UHGV virus genome: UHGV-1686525 | Origin: a virus | Direction: 5' to 3' (one strand) | DNA length: 12,867 bases | Part shown: positions 1 to 7,916 of the stretch, piece by piece | How positions within the stretch are numbered: position 1 is the first letter of the stretch | Layout: every line of letters begins with the position of its first letter | Program-made: the position numbers and the translations under genes | The notes under the pieces: model-generated | The model's database searches: none | Told to the model about the DNA's origin: nothing | Seen by the model: only the letters and a program-made list of their open reading frames with translations

Positions 1-35
<35 letters not shown>

Positions 36-36
36 A

Positions 37-441
<405 letters not shown>

Positions 442-444
442 GAG

Positions 445-732
445 ATGACTGAACAAGAAATGCCGAGATACCAGTGCCACAAAAAAGTTCGCGCCCTGAA
501 GATTGGCTCTATAGAACATAAGCCAAACCCAGATCAGTCTGGTAAGACTGGCTCTTCTAGTTATGGGGCAATTATTCATCCGGATGATAAGAAATACGCA
601 GCATTTGATGTTAGCGCGGAATATATCTGTAAGCACCGACCAATGTCTGGAGGCTATTACGTTGTCTATGAGGATGGATATGAATCATATTCTCCTGCTG
701 AGGTATTTGAGTCTGGATATTCAAAATTATAG
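445..732 (+). CDS. Hypothetical protein (95 aa), unknown function; contains C-H ... C-x-H residues (QCHKK ... ICKHR) and a Tyr/Gly-rich C-terminus
   Basis: ATG at 445 only 3 nt after the upstream stop, preceded by GGAG (433-436); 95-codon ORF ending TAG 730-732. No family recognised from sequence. Confidence 0.55.
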   Translation: MTEQEMPRYQCHKKVRALKIGSIEHKPNPDQSGKTGSSSYGAIIHPDDKKYAAFDVSAEYICKHRPMSGGYYVVYEDGYESYSPAEVFESGYSKL

Positions 733-741
733 GAATCCTCT

Positions 742-921
742 ATGACAAGCGTCGTTGATCTTGGTAAGGAGAAGAAATTCCCAATTACTCAAGAGCTATA
801 CGAGCGGCTTGAAAGCGTCATCCATGATTACGATGGTGAAATCAGTTTATGCGAGGCGATTGGCACACTCGAATTGCTGAAGCAGTCACTGATTGAAGGC
901 GCGAAAGAGTCCTCAGCCTGA
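742..921 (+). CDS. Hypothetical small protein (59 aa; MTSVVDLGKEKKFPITQELYERLESVIHDYDGEISLCEAIGTLELLKQSLIEGAKESSA), not in the supplied ORF track because it is under 60 aa
   Basis: ATG 742 preceded by AGGA (731-734) at 7 nt spacing; in-frame stop TGA 919-921; fills the otherwise unexplained gap between the 95-aa ORF and the small terminase; same strand. Confidence 0.45.
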   Translation: MTSVVDLGKEKKFPITQELYERLESVIHDYDGEISLCEAIGTLELLKQSLIEGAKESSA

Positions 922-944
922 AATGACAACTAAGTGAGATGAAT

Positions 945-1367
945 ATGGCGACTGAACCAAAAGCTGGTCGCCCCTCTGATTATATGCCGGAGGTGGCTGA
1001 CGATATCTGCTCGTTGCTTTCTTCTGGCGAAAGTTTGCTGAAAGTATGTAAGCGTCCTGGTATGCCGGATAAGTCCACTGTTTTCCGCTGGTTGGCAAAG
1101 CATGAGGATTTTCGCGACAAGTACGCGAAGGCAACTGAGGCACGAGCTGATTCTATTTTCGAAGAGATATTCGAAATTGCTGACAATGCGATTCCAGATG
1201 CTGCTGAGGTGGCAAAGGCAAGACTTCGCGTTGATACTCGCAAATGGGCGCTGGCCCGAATGAATCCCCGTAAGTATGGCGACAAGGTAACTAACGAGCT
1301 TGTCGGTAAGGACGGCGGCGCAATCCAGATTGAAACATCACCGATGAGCACTCTATTCGGAAAATGA
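945..1367 (+). CDS. terS: Terminase small subunit (P22 gene 3 position; Sf6 gp1-type, 140 aa from the second ATG)
   Basis: Lies immediately upstream of and overlaps the large terminase (ATGA overlap at 1364-1367). The protein MATEPKAGRPSDYMPEVADDICSLL... matches my recollection of the Sf6 gp1 small terminase, including its 140-aa length and N-terminal DNA-binding region. The track start at 939 (MNM...) has a GAG Shine-Dalgarno directly abutting it; ATG 945 has better spacing (GTGAG about 7 nt upstream). Confidence 0.88.
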   Translation: MATEPKAGRPSDYMPEVADDICSLLSSGESLLKVCKRPGMPDKSTVFRWLAKHEDFRDKYAKATEARADSIFEEIFEIADNAIPDAAEVAKARLRVDTRKWALARMNPRKYGDKVTNELVGKDGGAIQIETSPMSTLFGK

Positions 1368-2779
1368 CCTCGATTAATCCTATCTTTGAACCGTTCATTG
1401 AGGCGCATCGCTACAAAGTCGCCAAAGGCGGTCGAGGTAGCGGCAAATCATGGGCAATTGCGAGGCTGCTTGTTGAGGCGGCGCGTCGGCAGCCTGTGCG
1501 TATTCTCTGCGCTCGTGAACTGCAAAACAGTATCAGCGATTCGGTAATCCGGTTGCTTGAAGACACCATAGAGCGGGAAGGGTATTCGGCTGAGTTTGAA
1601 ATTCAGCGTTCCATGATTCGTCATCTCGGAACGAATGCTGAATTCATGTTCTACGGCATCAAAAACAACCCGACGAAGATTAAATCGCTCGAAGGCATTG
1701 ATATCTGCTGGGTGGAAGAAGCGGAAGCGGTAACGAAGGAATCGTGGGATATCCTGATACCAACCATCCGTAAGCCGTTCTCTGAAATATGGGTAAGCTT
1801 CAACCCGAAAAACATACTCGACGATACCTATCAGCGATTCGTTGTAAATCCTCCCGATGATATTTGCCTGCTGACGGTGAACTACACCGACAACCCGCAC
1901 TTTCCTGAAGTTCTCCGTCTGGAGATGGAAGAGTGCAAACGCAGAAATCCGACACTGTATCGTCACATCTGGCTTGGTGAGCCAGTAAGCGCAAGTGATA
2001 TGGCAATCATCAAACGTGAATGGCTTGAAGCCGCAACCGATGCGCACAAGAAACTCGGATGGAAAGCGAAAGGCGCTGTTGTCTCTGCACATGACCCATC
2101 AGATACAGGGCCGGATGCTAAAGGTTATGCATCGCGTCACGGTTCGGTAGTTAAGCGCATTGCCGAAGGTCTGCTGATGGACATCAACGAGGGCGCTGAC
2201 TGGGCTACTTCTCTGGCGATTGAAGACGGCGCTGACCACTACCTGTGGGATGGTGATGGTGTTGGTGCCGGGCTACGCAGACAGACAACGGAAGCGTTCT
2301 CCGGCAAGAAAATAACCGCCACGATGTTCAAGGGCAGCGAATCGCCATTTGATGAAGATGCACCATATCAGGCCGGAGCATGGGCTGATGAAGTCGTACA
2401 GGGAGACAACGTTCGCACTATTGGTGATGTGTTCCGCAATAAGCGAGCGCAATTCTATTACGCGCTGGCTGACAGGCTGTATCTGACATATCGGGCGGTT
2501 GTCTACGGTGAGTATGCAGACCCCGACGACATGCTGAGTTTCGACAAAGAAGCGATAGGCGAGAAGATGCTGGAGAAGCTGTTTGCAGAACTGACGCAGA
2601 TTCAGCGCAAATTCAATAACAACGGGAAGCTGGAGCTTATGACTAAGGTCGAAATGAAGCAGAAGCTCGGTATTCCATCTCCTAACCTGGCTGATGCGTT
2701 GATGATGTGTATGCATTGCCCGGAGTCGGCTGCGCAACCCGACTATTCCAGTTACTCAATTCCTTGTGGTGTAGGTTGA
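1364..2779 (+). CDS. terL: Terminase large subunit (P22 gene 2 position; ATPase/nuclease, 471 aa)
   Basis: Walker A P-loop KGGRGSGKS near the N-terminus (VAKGGRGSGKSWAIA); Walker B-like hydrophobic run ending in acidic residues (IDICWVEEAEA); acidic-residue-rich C-terminal half consistent with an RNase H-like nuclease domain; size and position between small terminase and portal. Confidence 0.95.
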   Translation: MTSINPIFEPFIEAHRYKVAKGGRGSGKSWAIARLLVEAARRQPVRILCARELQNSISDSVIRLLEDTIEREGYSAEFEIQRSMIRHLGTNAEFMFYGIKNNPTKIKSLEGIDICWVEEAEAVTKESWDILIPTIRKPFSEIWVSFNPKNILDDTYQRFVVNPPDDICLLTVNYTDNPHFPEVLRLEMEECKRRNPTLYRHIWLGEPVSASDMAIIKREWLEAATDAHKKLGWKAKGAVVSAHDPSDTGPDAKGYASRHGSVVKRIAEGLLMDINEGADWATSLAIEDGADHYLWDGDGVGAGLRRQTTEAFSGKKITATMFKGSESPFDEDAPYQAGAWADEVVQGDNVRTIGDVFRNKRAQFYYALADRLYLTYRAVVYGEYADPDDMLSFDKEAIGEKMLEKLFAELTQIQRKFNNNGKLELMTKVEMKQKLGIPSPNLADALMMCMHCPESAAQPDYSSYSIPCGVG

Positions 2780-2780
2780 T

Positions 2781-4979
2781 ATGGCAGAAAAAAAGATGAC
2801 TGACTGGCATCGCAAGGTGCTGTGCAACTTTGATAATGCCTGGTCAGCAACGCAGGATATGCGTGAGCAGATTATTGAAGCTCAACGTTTCGTCCGGGTG
2901 TCCGGCGCACAGTGGGAAGGCAGCACAAACGCTGGTTACTCATTTGATGAAGGCAGGTTTGAGCATTACCCGCGCTTTGAGCTGAATAAGATTGCCCGTG
3001 AATGTGATCGCATCATTGGCGAGTATCGACAGAATCGCATCAGCGTTAAATTCAGGCCGAAGGATGACAAGGCATCGGAAGCGTTAGCCGAAAAGATGAA
3101 CGGCAAATTCCGCGCTGACTATCAGGAAACATCCGGTGGCGAAGCGTGTGATAACGCATTTGATGATGCCGTAACTGGCGGATTCGGTTGTTTCCGCATG
3201 TGTGCCGATTACGAAGATGAAATGGATCCGAGTAACGAACAGCGCCGTATAAGCCTTATCCCGGTTTACGACCCAGCGACATGCGTCTTCTTCGATCAGG
3301 ACAGCAAGCAATATGACCGCTCTGATGCTATGTGGGCTTTGGAAATGTTCTCCATGACACCTAAAGCGTTCGAGGCTGAATACCCTGATTCCATCGCGGC
3401 AGGCCTTTCTCGTGATGACACTGGCACTCAATATGACTGGTCAACTCCTGATGCTATCTATGTTGGTCGCTACTACGAAGTTCGCATAGAGAAGGTGAAG
3501 CTCTCAGCATGGCGCAACCCTGTTAGCGGAGAAACGGCAATCTATGATGAAGATCAAATCAAAGATATTGTCGACGAGCTAACCGATGGTTCATTCGAAC
3601 TGATCGGTGAGCGGACAGTGAAGAAACGCCGCGTTTATTGCGGTCTTCTGTCTGGCGCTGAATGGCTGGAAGAACCGAAGCGTATTCCGGGCGAACATAT
3701 TCCACTCATCCCGGTATATGGGCGTCGCTCATTTGTTGATAATCAGGAGCGAATCGAAGGCCACGCAGCAAAAGCGATGGATGCACAGCGTCTTGAGAAC
3801 CTGATGGTTTCCATGATTGCAGATAACGCTACTCAGGCTGGCGGTGATGGCATTCCTGTAGTTGATGTTGACATGATTCCTGGTCCTCTCGCCACTCATT
3901 GGGCGGAGCGCAACAAAAAGCGCCCGGCGTTCCTGCCGATGGTCAGTCTGAAAAACAAAAACGGAGATATTACTGCGCAGGCTCAGGTAAGTAGTTATAC
4001 ACCTCCGACACAAATGCCTCCTGCTCTTGCCGGGTTATTGCAGTACACCGGAACGGCTATTCAGCAAATTACCGGGGCTTCGCAGCTTGAGAACATGCCG
4101 AGCAACGTTGCTACCGATACCGTTGATAGCATCTTTAACCGGATGGATACGCAGTCCTATATCTACATGGACAACATGGCTAAATCCATGCGCCGCGCTG
4201 GCGTCGTGTGGCTTTCTATGGCGCGTGAGGTCTATGGCAGTGATACGCCGATGCGTATCGTTAATGAGGACGGCAGCGATGATGTGGCGCTGATGACTGG
4301 TGAAGTTGTTGACCGTCAGACAGGGCAGGTTATCGCGCTTAATGACCTTTCGCAGGGCAACTATGAAGTGACTGTCGATGTTGGTCAGTCGTTCGCTACT
4401 CGCCGTGATGCAACGGTTAAGTCGTTACTTTCCATGCTGGCACTTATCCCACCAGGAACGCCGAAGCACGACCTTGTATCGTCGATGATTCTCGACAATA
4501 TGGACGGCGAAGGGATGGACGACCTTAAAGAATACAACCGCAATCAGTTGCTTCTGTCTGGAGTTATCAAGCCGAGAACCCCAGAAGAACAGCAGATGGT
4601 TGAGCAGGCGAAACAACAACAGGCCAGTCAGCCAGATCCGGCTATGGTTGCTGCGCAAGGTCAGCTTCTTGCTGGTCAGGCTGAATTGCAGAAAGCGCAG
4701 AACGAACAGGCAGCCATTCAGGTTAAAGCATTCCAGGCACAGACTGATGCTCAGGTTGCAGCGGCAAATGTTGTGAAAATCCTCGCATCTGCCGATAGCC
4801 AGCAGAAATCTGATATCCGCGAGGCTCTGAAACTGCTCGGACAGTTCCAGCAACAGCAAGGAGACAATGCCCGTGCTGATGCAGAGCTTGTCCTGAAAAG
4901 TCAGGCACAGGGCCATGCGCAGCGCATGGACATCAGCAGCATCCTGCAAAAATCAACTCAGCAACAACCACAGCAGTAA
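2781..4979 (+). CDS. Portal protein (P22 gene 1 position; 732 aa) with a long Q/A-rich helical C-terminal extension
   Basis: Starts 1 nt after the terL stop; 732 aa, close to the P22 portal (about 725 aa); C-terminal ~130 residues are Gln/Ala-rich and predicted helical, like the P22 portal barrel domain; synteny terL-portal-scaffold-coat. Confidence 0.92.
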   Translation: MAEKKMTDWHRKVLCNFDNAWSATQDMREQIIEAQRFVRVSGAQWEGSTNAGYSFDEGRFEHYPRFELNKIARECDRIIGEYRQNRISVKFRPKDDKASEALAEKMNGKFRADYQETSGGEACDNAFDDAVTGGFGCFRMCADYEDEMDPSNEQRRISLIPVYDPATCVFFDQDSKQYDRSDAMWALEMFSMTPKAFEAEYPDSIAAGLSRDDTGTQYDWSTPDAIYVGRYYEVRIEKVKLSAWRNPVSGETAIYDEDQIKDIVDELTDGSFELIGERTVKKRRVYCGLLSGAEWLEEPKRIPGEHIPLIPVYGRRSFVDNQERIEGHAAKAMDAQRLENLMVSMIADNATQAGGDGIPVVDVDMIPGPLATHWAERNKKRPAFLPMVSLKNKNGDITAQAQVSSYTPPTQMPPALAGLLQYTGTAIQQITGASQLENMPSNVATDTVDSIFNRMDTQSYIYMDNMAKSMRRAGVVWLSMAREVYGSDTPMRIVNEDGSDDVALMTGEVVDRQTGQVIALNDLSQGNYEVTVDVGQSFATRRDATVKSLLSMLALIPPGTPKHDLVSSMILDNMDGEGMDDLKEYNRNQLLLSGVIKPRTPEEQQMVEQAKQQQASQPDPAMVAAQGQLLAGQAELQKAQNEQAAIQVKAFQAQTDAQVAAANVVKILASADSQQKSDIREALKLLGQFQQQQGDNARADAELVLKSQAQGHAQRMDISSILQKSTQQQPQQ

Positions 4980-5069
4980 TTAACCCATAACGTGCAATGG
5001 CTGTCTTTATGAGGCCTGGCACCCTATTGCCTTCCGATGGGCTGAACATCGAGTAAACAGGGGTAACAA

Positions 5070-5963
5070 ATGGACCAGATGGCAGAAAACACACCAGAAG
5101 TTGAAATCGAAAACGACGCGTCAGAGCAGATTCCTGATGATGTCGAACTGGCTGAAGAAGTTGAAATAGAAGATGGCAGTGAGTCCTCCGGCAATGATGC
5201 AGAGGAAGCTACTGAAACTGATGACGACGAATCAGAACAGGAATTCTACTTTGGTGACGAAAAGCTGGATTCGCCAACCAGCGAAGATAGCGCAGAGCAT
5301 GGACTGGTAAAACACCTGCGCAAGACGATTAAAGAGAAAGACCGCGAACTGAAAGAACTGATGCGTCAGTCTCAGAAACCCGTCGAGCAGCAGTCGGTAA
5401 TCACTCAACCACCGCGAATGCCAAAACTGGACGATGAGGACATCGGTTTCGATGAAGAAATCTACCAGCAACGCATGGCTAAGTGGGCAGAGGATAACGG
5501 AAAGTACCAGCAACAGGAGATGGCTCGCAAGCAGAAGGAGCAGGAGCTTCAGGCTGCTTATCAAGAGCGATTATCCAAATATCAGCAACGTGTTAAGGCT
5601 CTCAAGGTTCCTGGCTATCAGGAAGCAGAACAGGCCGTACTCGAGGAAATCCCCATCGAGACACAAAACGCGATCCTGTTTGAGTCAGAGAAGCCGGAAA
5701 TCGTTGTTCTGGCACTCGGTCGCAACGCTGAACTGCGCAAGCAACTGGCAGAAGCTACCAACCCCGTAGCAATTGGTCGTCTGCTGGAACGTATCGAATC
5801 GAAGGCCAAAATCATGCCAAAAGCAAAAAACACGGCAGCCACAACCCCGACAGTTAAGGGGAGCAGCGGCGCAGTAATCAATAACCTCGACAAACTGAAA
5901 GCCAAGGCGCTGGAAACTGGTGACTGGACGCCGTATTTCGCCGCTAAAAAGGCAAAAAAATAA
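5070..5963 (+). CDS. Scaffolding protein (P22 gene 8 position; 297 aa)
   Basis: Position between portal and coat; size close to P22 gp8 (about 303 aa); highly charged, helical, coiled-coil-like composition; basic C-terminal helix-turn-helix-like end (...LDKLKAKALETGDWTPYFAAKKAKK) resembling the P22 coat-binding C-terminus (...YRKLKAKLKGIR); very acidic N-terminal ~70 residues. Confidence 0.85.
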   Translation: MDQMAENTPEVEIENDASEQIPDDVELAEEVEIEDGSESSGNDAEEATETDDDESEQEFYFGDEKLDSPTSEDSAEHGLVKHLRKTIKEKDRELKELMRQSQKPVEQQSVITQPPRMPKLDDEDIGFDEEIYQQRMAKWAEDNGKYQQQEMARKQKEQELQAAYQERLSKYQQRVKALKVPGYQEAEQAVLEEIPIETQNAILFESEKPEIVVLALGRNAELRKQLAEATNPVAIGRLLERIESKAKIMPKAKNTAATTPTVKGSSGAVINNLDKLKAKALETGDWTPYFAAKKAKK

Positions 5964-5981
5964 CCTATCGGAGCATTAAGC

Positions 5982-7235
5982 ATGGCTAACCAATTAGCAA
6001 AAGACCTTGAAATCATGTTCGAAAACTACGTTGAAGGCTTTGAGGCCGCCTGTGTAGTTTCCCGTAACGCTAAAAAATTCCGTCCTGGTGATACAGCAAT
6101 GCAGCGAGCAGGTGATGTTCTGTATCGTCCGCAGCATTACCACATGAACATTGAGGAAGGCCTAGACCTCAGCGGCAAAACGCCAACAGCACTGGTTCAG
6201 CGCCTTGTTCCTTCTGTGTTCAAGGAGCCGAAAAACATTCTGTACACTCTGGATGCGCGTGAAATGCGTGACCCGGAACATAAAACTGAAGCTGGTCGCG
6301 CCGCAGGTATGCGCCTTGCTGCACAGATTGACTCTGACCTGATTTCCATGGTTACGCAGCGTGCTACTAACGTGATCAAGATGGCTGACTCAACCACAGG
6401 TTCACAGGGCCGTGATTTGTGGAACTGTGCGGCAGGTATTGATGCCACCATGACGGCGATTGGTGTACCTCAGGGTATCAACCGTCGCTCTTTCTGGAAC
6501 CCCTTCAACTACAAAGACCTTGCTGGCGAGCTTGGTCACCGTGCCTATGCTCAGGGCGCAACCCTGACAGCATACGAAAAAGCGCAAATCCCTCCGGTTG
6601 CGTCCTTCGATAGCTACAAGACCGATATTTCTGGTCGTGTTCCGAAGGGTACAGCAACTTCCATTACGCTGGCAGAAGCACCTGCGCACAAGGTTGAAGC
6701 GAAAGATGCTAACGATATGCCAGTGGATAACCGGCAGGGGACCATTACGGTATCTGCTGAAGGTTTGCAGGTTGGCGATGCGTTTACCATCGCAGGGGTG
6801 AATTCTGTACACCAGATCACCAAAGATACCACCGGGCAGCCGCAGGTATTCCGCGTTCTGGCAGTAAGCGGAACGACAGTAACTATCTCCCCGAAAATTC
6901 TGCCGCCTGACAACGCGGATGTCGCCAGCCGACCATATGCAAACGTTGATGCTAATGCGGCAAGTAGCGCAGCAATCACCATTCTCAACAAAAATGCCGC
7001 ACCGGCTAACCTGTTCTGGGCTGATGGTTCTGTTGAACTGATGTACGGCAAGCTGGCGTTCCCAACTGGTCAGGGTCCACAAGTAATGACAGCAACCACC
7101 GAGCAGGGCGCTACGCTGATCATGTCTTACGCCTTCGACCACATCAAAGGTGTAACCACTGCGCGTTTCACCACCCTGTACGGTTGCTCTGTACTTGTTC
7201 CTGAATATACGGGCATCGTTATTGCCGGGCAGTAA
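5982..7235 (+). CDS. Major capsid (coat) protein, P22 gene 5 position (417 aa)
   Basis: Follows the scaffold gene with GGAG upstream (5969-5972); 417 aa, close to P22 coat (430 aa); contains an FWAD motif in a C-terminal context similar to P22 coat (..NLFWADGS.. vs P22 ..NVFWADDA..); followed by a strong intrinsic terminator. Confidence 0.92.
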   Translation: MANQLAKDLEIMFENYVEGFEAACVVSRNAKKFRPGDTAMQRAGDVLYRPQHYHMNIEEGLDLSGKTPTALVQRLVPSVFKEPKNILYTLDAREMRDPEHKTEAGRAAGMRLAAQIDSDLISMVTQRATNVIKMADSTTGSQGRDLWNCAAGIDATMTAIGVPQGINRRSFWNPFNYKDLAGELGHRAYAQGATLTAYEKAQIPPVASFDSYKTDISGRVPKGTATSITLAEAPAHKVEAKDANDMPVDNRQGTITVSAEGLQVGDAFTIAGVNSVHQITKDTTGQPQVFRVLAVSGTTVTISPKILPPDNADVASRPYANVDANAASSAAITILNKNAAPANLFWADGSVELMYGKLAFPTGQGPQVMTATTEQGATLIMSYAFDHIKGVTTARFTTLYGCSVLVPEYTGIVIAGQ

Positions 7236-7242
7236 TTTTGGT

Positions 7243-7265
7243 GGGGCTTCGGCCCCATTTTTATT
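7243..7265 (+). terminator. Rho-independent terminator/stabilising hairpin directly downstream of the coat gene
   Basis: GGGGC-TTCG-GCCCC (5-bp GC stem extendable to 7 bp, UUCG tetraloop) at 7243-7256, followed by ATTTTTATT (7257-7265); starts 8 nt after the coat stop codon. Confidence 0.8.
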
Positions 7266-7276
7266 GGGAGAAGACA

Positions 7277-7465
7277 ATGGCACGAACAATGCTCTATAAG
7301 CCGGGCAACATGATCACCTGTGGTCAGTTTGCTGTCGATTACATCATTGTTGATGACGAAGAAGTTAAATCTCACCTGAAAAAAGGCTGGGTAAAAACTC
7401 CTGAAGAAACCGCAACGAAGCAAAAAGTGGCTAAGGCGGAAGAAGATGGCGAAAACGAAGGGTGA
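7277..7465 (+). CDS. Small hypothetical protein (62 aa from ATG 7277) between coat and gp4; same position as the small ORF between genes 5 and 4 in P22
   Basis: The track ORF 7238..7465 would start inside the terminator hairpin. The internal ATG at 7277 is preceded by GGGAGAAG (7267-7274) and is the more plausible start. The 3' end overlaps the gp4 start by 20 nt. Confidence 0.55.
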   Translation: MARTMLYKPGNMITCGQFAVDYIIVDDEEVKSHLKKGWVKTPEETATKQKVAKAEEDGENEG

Positions 7466-7907
7466 TCTCGTTCTTAAGGCTTTACGAAAAGCCGGGCTGT
7501 ATTCCAATGCCACGTTGACAGATGCCGACCCTCAGGCAATTGAAGATGCCATTAATGACCTCGAAGACATGATGGCAGCATGGCAGGCGAAAGGTATCGA
7601 GCTTGGATATCAGTTTGCGGATACAGAAAACGGCATCATGCCGTTACCTGACGATGATTCAGGTATCCCTGCATGGGCAAATGATGGCGTCGCTTTGAAG
7701 CTCGCTGTGCAAGTGTGCATGGATAACGTCATTCAGCCGTCAGACGCTCTCCTTGCCGCTGCTGACAGTGCATATCAGACAATCTGCATCGCTTTAACCA
7801 AAATACCACCACTTGAGCGGCGAAATGACATGCCTCGCGGTAGTGGTAACAAAAGCGCGTTTACGTGGAATCGGTTTTACATCGAGAAAGATGATCCGAG
7901 TACGTGA
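7446..7907 (+). CDS. Head completion/tail adaptor protein, P22 gp4-like (153 aa)
   Basis: N-terminus MAKTKGDLVLKALRKAGLYSNATLTDADPQAIEDAINDLEDMMAAW closely parallels the P22 gp4 N-terminus as I recall it (..KTKGDLV..ALRKLG..ATLTD..PQ......DLE.MMA.W); C-terminal ..MPRGSGN..F.. also shared; correct position after coat. Confidence 0.88.
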   Translation: MAKTKGDLVLKALRKAGLYSNATLTDADPQAIEDAINDLEDMMAAWQAKGIELGYQFADTENGIMPLPDDDSGIPAWANDGVALKLAVQVCMDNVIQPSDALLAAADSAYQTICIALTKIPPLERRNDMPRGSGNKSAFTWNRFYIEKDDPST

Positions 7908-7916
7908 GGTGAATAA

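Noticed and set aside
563-745. 60-aa + strand ORF overlapping the 95-aa ORF, and minus-strand ORF 415..636
   Set aside because: The 95-aa frame (445..732) has the better start context and tight spacing with neighbours; these are alternative-frame or antisense readings of it.
939-944. Track start codon ATG 939 for the small terminase (MNMATEP...)
   Set aside because: Its Shine-Dalgarno would directly abut the start codon; ATG 945 has better spacing and gives the 140-aa length I recall for Sf6 gp1. The upstream start is not excluded.
913-1143. 76-aa minus-strand ORF across the 59-aa ORF end and terS start
   Set aside because: Antisense to terS and the intergenic ribosome-binding region; no support.
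980-1408. 142-aa minus-strand ORF
   Set aside because: Antisense to the small terminase, which is supported by motif similarity and synteny.
1448-2737. Minus-strand ORFs of 214, 68 and 154 aa (1448..2092, 1800..2006, 2273..2737)
   Set aside because: All embedded antisense within the large terminase gene, which carries clear Walker A/B motifs on the + strand.
3084-4949. Minus-strand ORFs (3084..3431, 3729..4013, 4425..4949, 4723..4908) and + strand alternative-frame ORF 4027..4293
   Set aside because: All lie inside the 732-aa portal reading frame; the products are Cys/Arg-rich, low-plausibility translations typical of out-of-frame sequence.
5232-6016. Minus-strand ORFs 5232..5564 and 5618..6016, and + strand alternative-frame ORF 5434..5769
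   Set aside because: Embedded in the scaffolding protein gene; the Leu- and Ser/Arg-rich compositions reflect out-of-frame reading of a charged-residue-rich gene.
6197-7051. Minus-strand ORFs 6197..6451 and 6614..7051, and + strand ORF 6598..6801
   Set aside because: Embedded in the coat gene in other frames or on the opposite strand.
7238-7276. Track start at 7238 for the small ORF between coat and gp4 (MVGLRPHFYWEKT...)
   Set aside because: This start lies within the terminator hairpin and has no Shine-Dalgarno; ATG 7277 with GGGAGAAG upstream is preferred.
6402-7289. 295-aa ORF on the minus strand
   Set aside because: Entirely antisense to the confidently assigned coat gene and the following terminator; no Shine-Dalgarno-plus-start context noted; long antisense frames are common opposite highly expressed genes.
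7127-7513. 128-aa minus-strand ORF spanning the coat/gp4 junction
   Set aside because: Runs antisense through the coat 3' end, the terminator hairpin and the small ORF; no independent support.
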